This document shows, piece by piece, positions 38,581 through 51,924 of a stretch of 64,000 bases of DNA. Source of the stretch: Epiperipatus broadwayi (lineage: Eukaryota; Animalia; Onychophora). How positions within the stretch are numbered: the first letter of the stretch is position 1; the number at the start of each line of letters is the position of its first letter. Location of the stretch: NCBI GenBank assembly GCA_028023455.1, contig JAQFVV010000006.1:6138001-6202000 (forward strand), read 5' to 3'. The notes under the pieces were generated by a model. It ran no database searches. It was not told the DNA's origin and saw nothing but the letters and a program-made list of their open reading frames with translations. The position numbers and the translations under genes are program-made.

Positions 38581-39029
38581 TAAATATTTAATTTGTCCTT
38601 TCATGACTGTTCCTTTTTCGGATTTATTTCTTGGTCTAATATTTCAGAATATTAGAGTTTTTAATCTATATCACTGAAGAAAATAATTTGTATGCTCAAA
38701 GGATCATATGACATCAGTGTATCGAAAGGATGAATGGAAATTTGATACAGAGACTTTTAGTTCTTGACTTGAACACTCTATTACGCAAAGCAAAAAATAG
38801 CCAAATAGTTCAGGAGGTCATGTGACATTCAAGCAGTGGAAAAGTCTGAATTGAGTTCCAATCCAGGGATTTTTAGATCAGTAGTCTATCATTCTACTAG
38901 GGCACCAAACTTCATCCAAAGCACTTGATCCTGGTTAAACAATTATCTCAATTCTAAATAGAAATAATAAACACCTCCATACTTCCTCATTCTTTTTAAA
39001 TTCATATAAATAAAGATACAATAAAAGAC

Positions 39030-39270
39030 AATTGACCCCCATGATGCATTTCGTGCTGAACCAGCACTCATCAGTTGGCCCAGGTCACTATCTCTCATAT
39101 ATATCTTTATTATATGCAAAGTATTTATCTAGAGTAAATTGTTACTTTTCATTTACCATTGTCAAACTTCCTCCACTCATAACTTTGACGCCATCCATTT
39201 CTGATAAATATACTAATGATTATTACTAATCATTTTCGAAACTAGAGATTATCTCTAGCACAGATATAAA
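39030..39270 (-). mobile_element. Family E partial copy
   Basis: Aligns to 15370-15600 and 63615-63830; carries the best-preserved family E hammerhead. Confidence 0.72.
39039..39078 (-). ncRNA. Minimal type I hammerhead (family E)
   Basis: CCAA CUGAUGA GUGCUG-GUU-CAGCAC GAAA U-GC-A UC^ AUGG. Perfect 6-bp stem II, palindromic stem III AUGCAU, AUC triplet; stem I has a mismatch at 1.1/2.1 (sister copies read UUGG). Confidence 0.75.
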
Positions 39271-40014
39271 CTTTAAACCTCAGTTAAAGATTAATATATC
39301 TGATTTTTTTTTAAATTTTACACACACGGAGTTATTCACATTTCTCTGTCCCGTATGTAATATCTTTATAGAAATAATAAACTAAAGTAATTTTCCTTTT
39401 GCTTGATCTCAAACCTCACACGTATTGTTTATCCAACATTTTCTCTATCTCAGAAAAAAAAAATCTATAATCTTTCAAATTTCATAAATCCATTATTATT
39501 CTTAAAAATCATAATAATTGTGTTAACATTTTATAAAGAAGCTATTAAAATATTTAATATAAGCACACATGCAGCTGAATGTTAAATTTTGTAATAAATA
39601 TACAAAATTAAACGTTAATTGTTTATATATTTAATGAATTAACAATCATTTTAAAAATTAAATATTATAAATAACCGACTAGGTTTTAACTTACTAAATT
39701 ATCAACAATCAAATAAATAATAAATTAAAATATTTATCAAACAGAATCAAACAAAAGAATTCTTTGTTTTAAACATGTCAAACAAACCAACAGGAAAACT
39801 ATTACTTAGTGTTTACGTAATTTTAGGGTGTAATCAAAAAGCAACTTGTTTAAATTGCTTTAAAATTATAAAATATTGTTTTTTCTTTCGCATATATCCA
39901 CCATGGCCAAAATTTGATTCGCAAGCCACATGCGCTCTCTAGATAGTCCTAACTTTTGAAATAAAATCATGATATATTTACATTTTATTTTGAAATCACC
40001 ACAAACCTTCAGCC

Positions 40015-40310
40015 ATATCATTATCATCAACCATTATCAATCCACTGCAGGATGAAGGTGTCTCCAAGTTTAATCCATCTTCTCCGATCTTTAGCTTCTC
40101 TTCTCCACAACACCCCTGCACACCTTCTTATTTTATCCATCCATCTCACATGTGGTCTCTTTCTGGGTCTTTTACAATCTCTTGGAATCCAGTTTAAGAT
40201 GTCAATTGTCCATCTGTTATCATCTCTTCTAGCAATATGTCCAGCCCAACTCCACTTCAATCTTTTAATTTTTTCAATGAGGTTAGTAACACCATATATG
40301 CTTTACTAAT
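40015..40310 (-). mobile_element. RTE-clade LINE 3' fragment
   Basis: KWSWAGHIARRDDNRWTIDILNWIPRDCKRPRKRPHVRWMDKIRRCAG...LGDTFILQW is typical of RTE/BovB-type ORF C-termini; (gat)-type tail. Confidence 0.85.
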
Positions 40311-41314
40311 TTTTGGGGGCAATTTTATAATGATTGTTTACGTCATCAAATTTGATACTTTTATTGATACTGTTTCTTGAAAATGTAATACACTGTTCGA
40401 ACTTATTGGAAAATTATAACCCAAATATTTGTTCCTGTTAAGTACTTCAAAAATTTGATAATGGCTCTTGAATACGTCTCAATTTTAACATAATTTGGCC
40501 ACTCCTGGTATATTTTTTGAGTAGCTGATTATTTTTTAAATAAGATGGAAAAGAAGAGTTTTAGCAAGCGTCCAGTTTAATTAGACCTCAGAAAAAGATT
40601 TATTAAATGTTTATATCGATTGTATTTTATATGAAGAAGTGTTTATTTACATGTATATAAAAAACAATTTTGCCTTTATTGATAGTAATTGTTCATAAAA
40701 AGTTTGCGCAACAGAACTGTGACATGGTGCATGGATCTCAAGTTCCACTATCTATCCAATCTACCACTGCACTTAACCAACAGGGCTGTCTTTAACAATG
40801 AGACTTGGAATTCAAACCAAGATGTACTGCAGTTTTGTATCAAGTGATCATTTTAAGTCCATTTTATTATCTAAGCTGAAAGTCTAAACAATCAAAGATT
40901 TTGAACTCAAACCAACCCACCTAACCAGTTCTATAAATCCAACTCTAGGTCAGTAACTGTATTTCAATAAATATAGTTTTTTTCTAACTGAAAGCTCTTT
41001 TTTCTGGTTAGGTATGTTAATAATAACAACTCATTTAATTCTTTAGCTTGCACAATTAACAATAAGAGGCTTTGACTTTAGTGCCATCTATAGTAAGCTT
41101 GAATAATCACTGATTACTAGATTATATATCCTATGTAATTTGGTGTAGTGATTGGGTGCCACATTCTGGAGTTCATGATCATGAAATATAAATGTGAAAA
41201 TTTAAAAAAGAAATCATGTGTCAGTGTTTATGCCTTTCATTCTCATGACCAGGGTTTCAAATCCAGGTGCAATGAACCTGAAAGTTTTTAAATCACAAAA
41301 GATTTTGCCTTCAG

Positions 41315-41870
41315 ATTGCCTGTCTAAAAACTGCATCTGTGAAATACCATGTGAATGTGGAAGAACATATATTGGTGAGACCAGCCGTCCCATTCAAAAG
41401 CACTTGCAAGAACATAAACTGATGATTAGAAGAGAGAAAACAGCTGTATCTAAGGTAGCAGACCATGTATGGACCAATGAACATATGTTCGATTGGGAAA
41501 ATACAAAAATATTGGATAAAGAAGAAAAGGTACAAATAAGAAAATTTAAAGAAGCTGCTCACATGACAATGGCAAAAAATCCCATAAGCCAACCTAGTGT
41601 GACTATACATAATGTATAGAAACCACTAATCAACTTTGCTCTGAGGAAAAAGTGGAGAAATCAGGAGGAACCTCATAGATAAGTATATGAAATTACTACA
41701 TACTGTTGCCTTTGGAAGGATGGCTCAGTTGGTTAGAGAGTTACCTTAAATTTCAATAATCAAAAATCTAAGGACCCAGGTTCGAATCCCATGCTAATAT
41801 TGTCAGTGGTCAGGCCAGCAACACCTGAAGAAGAGGGGAGAAAAATACCTCTTGAAATGTTGTGCATATA
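41315..41870 (+). mobile_element. Penelope-like element 3' fragment (family B): GIY-YIG end, tRNA-like segment, hammerhead
   Basis: ICEIPCECGRTYIGETSRPIQKHLQEH...SKVADHVW...H.FDW..TKILDKE...RKFKEAAH; two further copies at 5230-5720 and 60440-60810. Confidence 0.88.
41822..41864 (+). ncRNA. Partly decayed minimal hammerhead (family B)
   Basis: CAC CUGAAGA A GAGGGG-AGAAAAAUA-CCUCUU GAAA UG UU^ GUG. Comparison with the 60460-60500 copy gives the inferred consensus CCUCUC GAAA CG UU^ GUG. Confidence 0.6.
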
Positions 41871-44795
41871 CTAACCTGTTTGCTGTGATATTATTAACAT
41901 GTTTGCTGTGATATTACTAACAGTTGGTGCATATACTAACCTGTTTGCTGTGATATTACTAACAGTTGAATGCATTTGGAATATTTAACTAAAATTAAAC
42001 TTTTCTAAAGACATTCAACACACATATTAGATGATGGAAATAGTCCAATATAAAAATACAGCTAGAACACCACCATCACAAATCTTCAGAAAAACATCAC
42101 ACTATAGTGTCTTCAAAGGCATTAACAATCAGTTTCACAAGGTGTTGCCATCCATATTAGCCATGATTTTTGTTCATTTCAATAAATATACTTTTATTCA
42201 CAATTCTCAGTTATGTCCTACACACTAATTAGTATTAAAAGACCTCTTAACTCCCTGGTGTTTCTTTTGTCTTTCATCATTTTCTTTGTTCTTACATCCA
42301 ATGTAGAATTTAAAATTAAACCATTATTACTTATCAGAAAATAATAAATTTGGCTTCATTTGATAGATACTTTTGTTTACTATAGAAATAAATTTTAAAT
42401 GTTCTCATTTTCTTTCTATAAATATAAAAAAATGAGATCATAATCAAAACAAAAAGATTATACATCAACACTTCTAGAAAGAATATTTTCATTTTACAAA
42501 ATCAATCAAATCTTCATTATTATTTCTCTTATATCTAACAAAATATGCTTTAAAAGTTTAAAAAATTTCAATATTTATTGCAAAATTATGATATTTTCAT
42601 ACTCATTATTATACTTAGATTGCTTATGTAGAAAGCTAAGCTTCTAAATAGCTTTAGAACATATTTGCATCTCTGCTAATATAGCATTTTATTTTTGAAA
42701 ATAAAGTTTTTCCATTCGAAATAAGTTAATAATAATTTATATTTTTTTGATTTCTTATAAATATTGTATAAATTATTGTATAAAAAAATACCTGGAATTG
42801 TAATAAATTCGCAAATAAACATGTTTTTGGTTATTCGAACAATTTTCTTTTAACAATGTTGTAAAAATGATAATGTCACAAACCTCTTATAATACAATAG
42901 AGGTACTTATCCAGGAGGAGTTAAATTCTATTGTTTTGAGAAATTTTTTTGATTTTCTCACCATCTATGGAATTTTCCTAAACTAAAATTTTATATTATA
43001 ACATATATACGAAAATATGCATATTACAGTATAAAGCTTACAGAAATTTTCACTAGGGGTGAATTAATGAAAAAACTAAGCAATTAGGATAAAAACAAAG
43101 TATGGTGAAACAAGTTAATTGCTTAAATAAGTTAATTATAGTGTAAAAATAATTATGAATATTTCATAAACTAAGAAAATATCAATTTTTTTGATATTCC
43201 AAAAAACTTCTCAAAATAATTGTGCAAGTGCTGTTGAAACTGGATTACAATAAATAAATCCATCAAACACATAAAGTCAGAACTAAATTACTTTCATTTT
43301 GCTATGTATATGAAAGCAGTGACCTCAGATTTTTTTTAAATTAATACATCAATATTAATTCTATTTCTCAGCATCGAATGACTGCATATATTGGAAAAAT
43401 AATCTTAAAGATTGTGCAGAAGAGCAATTTAAAGTGGAAATACTAACATGACTTCCAAACAAATATGTACATAATATATCAAGCCTCATACTAATATAGA
43501 ATTAAATACTTTAGTTTGAATAGATAGCACTGATGTTCATTAATTACGTAAAACAAATAAAATATCAATATAGTTCAACAAAGATAATATGCTCATTTTT
43601 TTTTAATTAAACAACAGAGAAACATTTCATAATCTGAATGTAACCTTTTGCAATAACAGAAACCCAAACACATGTTATTAAAAAGTAATACCTGATTGTA
43701 GACTAACTTATTTGTTCTCATTTATCTACGGTTAGATCTAAAATAATTTCTAGCACTACTTGAGGTTAAACTGCAAGTGTTAGATGGATAGCTTTTTTAG
43801 AAGTAGCATATTCTACAGGTAAATACCATGCCCCTTTTTGAAAAAAAGTATCCACCCTAAATTTCTAGATACTTAGTTGAATATTAACATGAAAAATATT
43901 ATTCATGCATTATCATTTACAGTGAATTCCCATTCTTGGCGTTGTTCCTTCATTAGATACCATTAATGTGGCATTACAGAAAATATATAGGATATGATGG
44001 TCAGTGAAAATATAGTTTCACCAATTAAGACTTATTTCAAATCAAGATCCTCTTTCTAAATGTTCAACCATGAATTCAACTGAGGACCAGTGACACAATA
44101 ATGGATTTCTTATCAAATTCTAAAGTAATTTATCTTTCCAGATACAATAATAAAACCATTTTGATTCTCTTCCAAGATACAAATGGGTCTCATCATCAAA
44201 CTCATGACAGATTGTCCTCATTATTAACAACCACTAATAATAAATACAAATTATGAACTATTTAGTTATAGTGGCCCCAAAACAGAAAGACTTATTAAAT
44301 CTACCTCTCTTCAATCTCTATAGATTCTTTTATGATATTTTAATATTAGTTCAGCTGTCTAAAAAAAACAACCATATAGGAATAATAATAAATTTAAGCC
44401 AATGTAAGATTAATAATTTAAATTTCCACTATCCTAAACTTTTAATGAAAAGTAAAAAGAAATCAAAAGTTGAACTATCTTCTCTTCTTGCTGAATAAAT
44501 AAACTTCATGCTAAAATATTAATAAAGATAAATTACTTTTGATAAATATTTGGAAAAAAAACTTTTCCTTCTAAATGATTCATTTCCTTCCTAATAAAAA
44601 AATTATCATAACTTTTTGAAATATAATAAATATTTAACTGACCCTTACCCTCTTTTTATAAGAAGATTATCTTAAATATATACAACGCGCCTAATTAATA
44701 CAATATTTACATTTTATAATTTTAAATTTATAATATAGTCTAAAATTGAGATAAAAGAACAATTAGCCATAACTACCATCTATAATATATATTAC

Positions 44796-45232
44796 TGTAT
44801 GGCCAGTTGCTTGAAAGGTCATAGGTTATTTAAGTCCTCAAAGAGTAGAATAAGAACAGTGGTTTCATTCAGATTTCTAAACTGACTCTTAAAATGTATA
44901 TATTAATGTACAGTCAGTTGCTGGGGAGGTCATACGTCATTTAAGTCATTAAAAGACGGAGTGGAAACAATGGTTTCATTCAGATTTTGAAACAGAGTTT
45001 TAAAATTTATATATTATTGTATAGGCATTGCTAGGGAGGTTATCGGTCATTTAAGTCCTTAAAGGACAGAGTAGGAACAATGGTTTCATTTAGATTTCTA
45101 AGCTGGCTTTTAAAGTGTATATATTATTGTATAGTCAGTTGCTAGGGAGATCATATGTCATTTAAGTCCTTAAAGGATAGTGTGAAGTCAATGGTTGCAT
45201 TCAGATTTTGAAACAAGAGTTTTAAAATAAAT
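44796..45232. repeat. About 111-bp tandem repeat x4 with alternating subunits
   Basis: Units start at about 44796, 44908, 45019 and 45129; units 1 and 3 have gatttctaa, units 2 and 4 have gattttgaaaca. Confidence 0.85.
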
Positions 45233-45560
45233 AGTCAAAATAAGAGTCATAGATCATATGACCCTATCTCTTAAACTTGTAAGTTATAAACATTGAGGAT
45301 TACCAAACTTTTTTGATAAGTGCTGGCTCTGGCTAAGCATTTATCAAAAAGCTTGTAGAGGAATTGGCAATCCTCATTGTTTAGAGTTTTAAAATATTTC
45401 ATAAAATTCCACAGTTCAAAATTAATTCTGGAACCAGTCAACCACTGCTCTAAATTGGGACTTTTTTTAACTACTAAGTCCTCCACACTATGACTATGCT
45501 ATTCTACACAGTAAATAATGATGATAAGGTGTTGACACTTAGTTGCAGTACCTTTCTGCC

Positions 45561-46680
45561 GTGTATGTCTGACAAATTAAGTGCACGAACTTGCCACCAT
45601 ATGCTTTTGCTGGCAGCACTGTATAAACAACTCAATAAGGTTGAATAACCTTGGTATATCAGTACCTCAAAACTGTGTTCATGACAATATGTAGTGATAT
45701 TTTGCTAAGTAGCATTCATTGTTGTTATTGCATGTTTTTATATAGCACAGTGAGAAATGTTGGAGCTTCAAAGCAACAACCGAACATTAAATGTCTTGTT
45801 AAACTTGACAAAAATGGATGTGAAATCAGTGGCCTATTAGTCCGAGTTTACGATGATCATGCCATGAAGACAATGGTAATGTACGAATGGATTAAGCATT
45901 TTTCAGAGAAGTGAAAAAGTGTTACTGATAAAGAGAGGTCAGGGTAACCAGTGATTAGCAGAAGGGACAAGAACATTACAAAAACATGTTGAAATGTGCA
46001 TCAACTCATCAACTGACTATTAGAAGCTCAGCAAACCAACTAAACGCTGATAGCATAGAAGCTAAACTTTCCATACAGTAGTGCCATCTCAATGAAAGCA
46101 AGATGAATCAATGGATGCAAGAAGATTTGTGTGTAAGATCCCTATTTAGCGCCTACTCATCCAATATCCTCAGACTAGCTTTTAGCTTGTGGCTTGCGTC
46201 AGTGAGGAGCATTGGATCTGAGTGCACTGTATCTAGATCATGTGATGTTTAGTGGTTAATACTGTTAGAGAAACAGAAAAATCTTAATTAAAAATTGCAT
46301 TATGTGAAAAGTGTGCCCAGAAATGCACCAACCTACATGGTAATGTCTTTGAGGGAGTTTTAAGCCAGTAAACAAATACCAGTATTGCACCACCTTCCTG
46401 TCTCACATAATCTGTTCCACAATGACTTTTTCGTCACTTGAAGACAAAAGAAATATACAGAAAGGAAGACATATGGAAGCCATTCAAGACACCATGGGTA
46501 ATATGATGCAAATTCCAGTGGCTGTTCCAGAAATAGAGTTCCAAAATTGTTATGAAGTATGAATTAGGCACTAACATGAGTGTGTAGCATCCCAAGGAAA
46601 AATACTTCAAAAGTGACCATAGCAATAAGGTATGAAGCCATTTTTAATAAACTCATGAACTTAACTGTCAGACTTTTGTA
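45561..46680 (+). mobile_element. Mariner relic with an internal deletion and a nested family A insertion
   Basis: TIR-like gtctgacaaattaagtgcacgaact versus actcatgaacttaactgtcagac...TA. HTH remnant VKLDKNGCEI...VYDDHAMKTMVMYEWIKHF; C-terminal remnants QIPVLHHLP.S..L and FQNC...CVASQGKYF. Confidence 0.82.
46065..46258 (-). mobile_element. Family A copy nested inside a mariner relic
   Basis: tttccatacagtagtgccatc...gcactgtatctagatcatgtgatgtttagtggtt interrupts mariner coding homology between about 46060 and 46260. Confidence 0.82.
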
Positions 46681-46799
46681 CAATAATTAGAAATCTGACC
46701 ACATCCACATTTTAGTATTCCTAGCTTCATTTATCCATAATTCAAAAACATGTTGAATAAAATAAAAATAGTTTTTAAAAAATCAAAAATTTTTTTTTT

Positions 46800-47040
46800 A
46801 GTTTACAGAAAGTGGATTATTGTTTTTTATGCTGGGTTTGGGAAAAGATAAGGGGGATTTAGATATAAAGGTCATAGAGTTGACAAAGATTATGTTGTGG
46901 AAATGGGATGGAGCAGAATATGGGAAAACTTACACTGGGAATGGAAAATAAAGTGGCTAACAGGTTTCTCTGGGCATAATTGCTGAGAGATCCTTGACTT
47001 CGTTTAAGGAGAAGCTACAGTACATCATCATCATCATCAT
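46800..47040 (+). mobile_element. 3' fragment of the same LINE family, tail-to-tail with the full-length copy
   Basis: Similar to the reverse complement of 47285-47520; ends in (cat)n at 47025-47040. Confidence 0.85.
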
Positions 47041-47384
47041 TATAAACTTCGTATTTTTAAAGCATCCAAACTATGCTGAATATTAAAGTAAACATTAATT
47101 TTACTATCTAAAGATCAGAATATATATAACTACTTTCTATATACTGTATACATTCATTTTATTAATAATAATATAAATTTATAAAATACTATGCACAATT
47201 ATTTTTATACAGCTGCAAAATTTTTATAAAATAGTAATTAAAAGAATAATTCAATATAATCTGTTTTAATAAGAATATTAATGTTGATGTGATATATTTG
47301 GCTTCTCCTTAAACGAAGTCAAGAATATCTCCACAGCTATGCCCAGATAAACCTGTTAGCCACTTTATTTTCCATTCCCCACTT

Positions 47385-50300
47385 TAAGTCTTCCCATATT
47401 CTGCCCCATCCCATTTCCACAACATAATCCTTGTCAACTCTATGGCCTTTAAATCTAAATTCCCCTTATCTTTTCACAAACCCAGCATAAAAACTAATAA
47501 CTCACTTTCTGTATAGTCACTTTGTTCATATCTATTCTCCCATTACTTCATTATCTGTACCCTTTCTGCTTTCAAGCATTTACATTCAAACAACAGATGC
47601 CTAATATTTTCTATACCTTCCTTACACAATTTGCACACTAAATCACCCATAGTTTTCCATTTACATGTATATTCTCTTGTTGCTAAAGATCCTGTTTGAG
47701 CCTTAAACAATAAACTACTTTCCTTACTATTATCATAAATTAGCTCACTTCTAATATTCCGTTTACTTCTATATATATTTAAACTCTTCTTACCCACCAT
47801 ACTACTTCTCCATCTCTCCAACTCCCTATTTTTTATTAATCCTTCTATTCTTTTATCCCATTCCTTACCACTATAACACTCAACAATCCTCCTAACACAA
47901 TCATCCCACCTTTTATACAAGTATACCGATATAAATTCTTTATCCAAATCTTTTGCATACCGCATTACCTTTCTCACCCATCTTGTTACCTGCCCTTTAC
48001 TCATAACCCAATTAAACACTATTTTGGCTGTTCTTTTACTATCCATAAACTGCAACCTACCAAACATTTTCATTTTACTTTTTGCATCTCTCATATAGAA
48101 ACTTGACCATCCCATTTCTCCTTGAATTGCCTCCTTTGCTGTCCACATATCTGCATCTAATGCATGTCTTCCTACTTCCCTTTGTACTTTCTCTAAATAA
48201 TCTAAAATCATTTTACTAACACATAATGCATCATTACCATATGTTAACCCTGCTACTACAACTCCCTTCCATACAATTCTAGCTACATCATATTTATTAT
48301 ATGAAAATACTGTTAGTTTCTTTACCAAACCCTTTATTTTCTTTGCTTCATTTACCATTTTTTTCTCCCATTCATCCAAGCAATTTTCCTGATTACATAA
48401 GATGATTCCCAAATACCTATATCTATCCACCAAACTTAACTTTATATCCCCCAATAAAAAAACTACATCCTCTCTTTCTCCAGTATTCACCATCATTATA
48501 TTTGACTTTTCTTCACTAAATTTAATCCCCATCTCTTTACCCACCCTTGCACATGTCCTCAACATAATATCCATATCTTTCTCTTCTTTCTGCACATAAA
48601 AAGATATCATCTGCAAAAAAAAGACCCGACAAAGTATATACTCCTTTGCCACCTATTAATGGTATCTCTACCCCTCTTCCTAGTCTTTCTATTGCTTTTT
48701 CCATTTCACTCACAAACAGCAAAAACAAAATCGGTGACATAGGGCATCCTTGCCTTAATCCCACCCCATTTTTAACTTTAACTGATTCTACATCCCCTAA
48801 TTGGTAAGTATAATAATTATTTTCATATAATTTCTTAATAATATTTACTAAAGCTTCATCCATTCCCAAATTGGCTAACCTTACCCATAATCTATTTCTA
48901 TTTACTCTATCATATGCTTTCTCTATATCTATAAAACTCATATATAATGATCTATCTGAATTCCTACTCATCTCCATAAGTTGTGTAACTACAAACAAAC
49001 TATCTCCTATATGCCTATCTGACCTAAAACCTCCTTGCATTTCCCCCACTGCATTATTCTCTTCCATCCATTTTACAACTCTTCCAGCTACCAGATATGT
49101 GAAAACTTTATATAAAACTGATGTTACTGCTATCAGTCTATAATTATTTAACTTTCTATGATCCTTACCCTTTCCTTTAAATAATAATCTTATTCTTGTA
49201 TTACTCCAACTACCCGGAAAAACTATCTTCTGTGCCATCTTATTAAAACATAATAATAACTTTGCTTTTGCTCTATGCCCTAAATTCATTACCATCTCTG
49301 CTGCCCATCCATCTAAACTTCTTGCCTTTCGACTTTTCAATCTCTTTCCTGCCTCATTCAATTCATTTTTTGTGAACCTAATACTCTCATTACTAACTGC
49401 TTTCATGTTTTCAATCACTAATTCCTTCACCTCTAACATATTTCTATATCCATTACACATCTATTTAAGATTTTCTTTAGCTCGCCTCTAGAGCTACATT
49501 CTATTCCCTCATCAATTATTAATACTACCTCTCTTTCCCCTACATTTCTCCTTTTAATGTAATTCCAAAATTTTTTACTTCCATCTCTTCCACTTTTATT
49601 AATATCCTCCAACAATTTACTATTTAACTTCATCCTCTCTCTATAATTATCCATTTTAGCTAGCTTCTTCTTTTCTAAGTACTTTCCCCATTTAGCATTA
49701 ATATCATTTTCACTTTCTTTATTCTTAATAGCACACTTATACTCTCTGCATGCTTTTTCCCTCTCCTTTACACTTTTACTAACTCTCATTTTTTATTACT
49801 TTTATTCTTCTGCATATTCTCGACTAAAACTCTATTTGCCACTTTTTCTATTTCACCACACCAATCCTTATATTTATCCCCAATCACCTGCTCCATGGTT
49901 TCTTCAACTTTTATTTTATACTCTTCCAACTTATTCCTATCATTCACTCTCCATCCACATCTTTCACTATTATTTCTACCTTTATTTCTATCTTCCATCA
50001 CATTACTAACCATTTCTATTACAATAAAGTTATAATTACTATTACATACTCTCTCTTCATTATCAAACACCTTAATTCTTCATATTTTATTCATTTCCTC
50101 TTTCTCTACCAATACATAATCGATTGTGTGAAATACATTATTCCTAGACCATGTGTATTGTCCATCATACACATTTGATAAATTCCCAATGGTCAAATTT
50201 ACTCTTTGACAAAATTCCTTCAAAAATTGACCATTCTTATTATCTACATCATCAATTTCTTCAATACTCCATTCATATCCCCTATAACCATTATTCTCTT

Positions 50301-50832
50301 CCCCTTTTCTTTAAAACTCTGTATATCCTTAACTAGGCATTCATATATACTATTGTTCCACTCCATTACAGTTTGACTATCTCCAGTAGTGATATACACT
50401 ACAGCTACCATCCATTCTTGTCTACCCAACCTTATTTCAAACCACAAATGCTCTTGACATTTAACAATATTTAAATATTTTCTCGATATAACACCTATAC
50501 CACCACCCCTTTTTTCTTTTTCTTTTCTGTTTTATACCCTGCCATACTACCTCTTCCAAAATAGGTTCTTCTTCTCTTAGATGAGTTTCTACTACTGCTA
50601 ATACCTCAAGCTCTTCATTTTCAATTGCTTTATTTAATTCCAGCCATTTTTCTGGTTTCCTACCACCTTGCATATTCAAAAACCCAATTTTAACAATTTC
50701 TTCTTTCCTAACTATTCTTTTATAAATTCTTTTGATTCCTTCTTCTCCATTACATTTATGACAAACTTTCTTACCACTAATCTTACAAAACCATTCCCTC
50801 TCCACATCTACACTTATATCTAAATCAACCAT
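47385..50832 (-). pseudogene. LINE ORF2 (AP endonuclease, reverse transcriptase, C-terminal CCHC), broken by frameshifts and stops
   Basis: APE motifs GFLNMQG, VVETHL, GGGIG and IGDMNG. RT motifs YRLIAVTSVLYK, QGGFR, FIDIEKAYDRV, GLRQGCPMSP, FFADD and YRYLG. C-terminal CKLCKEGIENIRHLLFEC. The stop at 47543 corresponds to a Leu codon in sister fragments. Confidence 0.92.
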
Positions 50833-50906
50833 CTTTTGCTTATTTCTTATATCCCCTTCATTCTTCTTCTTTTTGATAATATTACAATTTAAAAGCCCAT
50901 CCCCCT

Positions 50907-51899
50907 TTAGAAGTTTCCCGAATTATATTCTTTAAATATCAGACTCCCTAAAACTTCACTTCCTTGTTTTCCTAAGTGCAAACCATCTTTACTATACAAC
51001 TTCCTCTTTCCAATAAACCAATCCCATACATCCACAAACACAACATTATTTCTCTCACACAATTTTTTCACTCTCTCATTTATAGAATATGCCCTATCTA
51101 ACAAATGCCTCTTATCAAATCTTGGTAATAGTCCCACTACTCCTACTCTTCCTTTAATTTCTCTCAAATTCCTAATCAATTATACGTACTCATCCATTAC
51201 TTTCTCTGATGGCTCTAACAAATTATTATTCCCTACCATTACATATACATCTCTACTACCTTGCTTTCTTACTTTATCTGTCACATCCCTAATTTTTGCT
51301 CCAGGCAAACATACTCTAACATACCTGATTCTATTTTTCCTTGCAATTATATCTCCACATTCTCTTATTAGTGAATCTCCTATCAATACTGTCTCATAGT
51401 CTACTTTCTCTACTCCATCTGTAACCTTTTCTACCACCTTCTGAATCTCCTTATCCATTTCTTCCTTATCATTTCTACTCAATAATTTCTTTATCTCCTC
51501 ACACTTCATCTCTAACAATTTTAATTTTACTTCTACATCCTTCATTTCTTCCTCTATCTTACTTATTCTCTGGCTAACTATCTCAATTGCATTACTACTT
51601 CCTCCACCCATATTTCCTGACACTCCACTAAAACCATACTCTGTCCTATCTTTCTTAACTACATTTTGCTCCCTCTCCTCTGACTTTCTCTCCAGACTAC
51701 CTACACTTAAAAACCACTTTCTCACCTCTTTAATCACATTTACACACTGACTACATATCCAGAAACCTGTCACATCCTTCCTATTTTTATTCAAACATTT
51801 CAAATGATACACCTCATTACACACTGTACACTCTACTAGTGCTCGTCTAACTCCTTTCTGACGATCGTATAAACATTGTGCCATGCAAATGCAATCCAT
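50907..51899 (-). pseudogene. LINE ORF1 (PHD finger, coiled coil, SGNH/GDSL esterase), one in-frame stop at 51180-51182
   Basis: CxC...CxxCxxxxHxxC...WxCxxC (PHD-like C4HC3); heptad region ISKIEEEMKDVEVKLKLLEMKCEEIKKLL; SGNH blocks LIGDSLIR, VMVGNNN and DGLHL. ORFs 51180-51914 and 50907-51179 are in the same frame. Confidence 0.85.
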
Positions 51900-51924
51900 A
51901 TTCTTATTTTTCAAGTCACCTATT

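Noticed and set aside
44860-45220. CUGAAUGAAAC on the minus strand of the 111-bp repeat
   Set aside because: Contains CUGA and GAAAC but has no room for G8/A9 or stem II; not a hammerhead.
48402-50336. Plus-strand ORFs at 48402, 48871 and 50151; also 9149, 9204, 25399, 25472, 40052, 41311, 61259 and 61510
   Set aside because: Antisense or alternative-frame shadows of real MMP, LINE, RTE or Penelope coding sequence.
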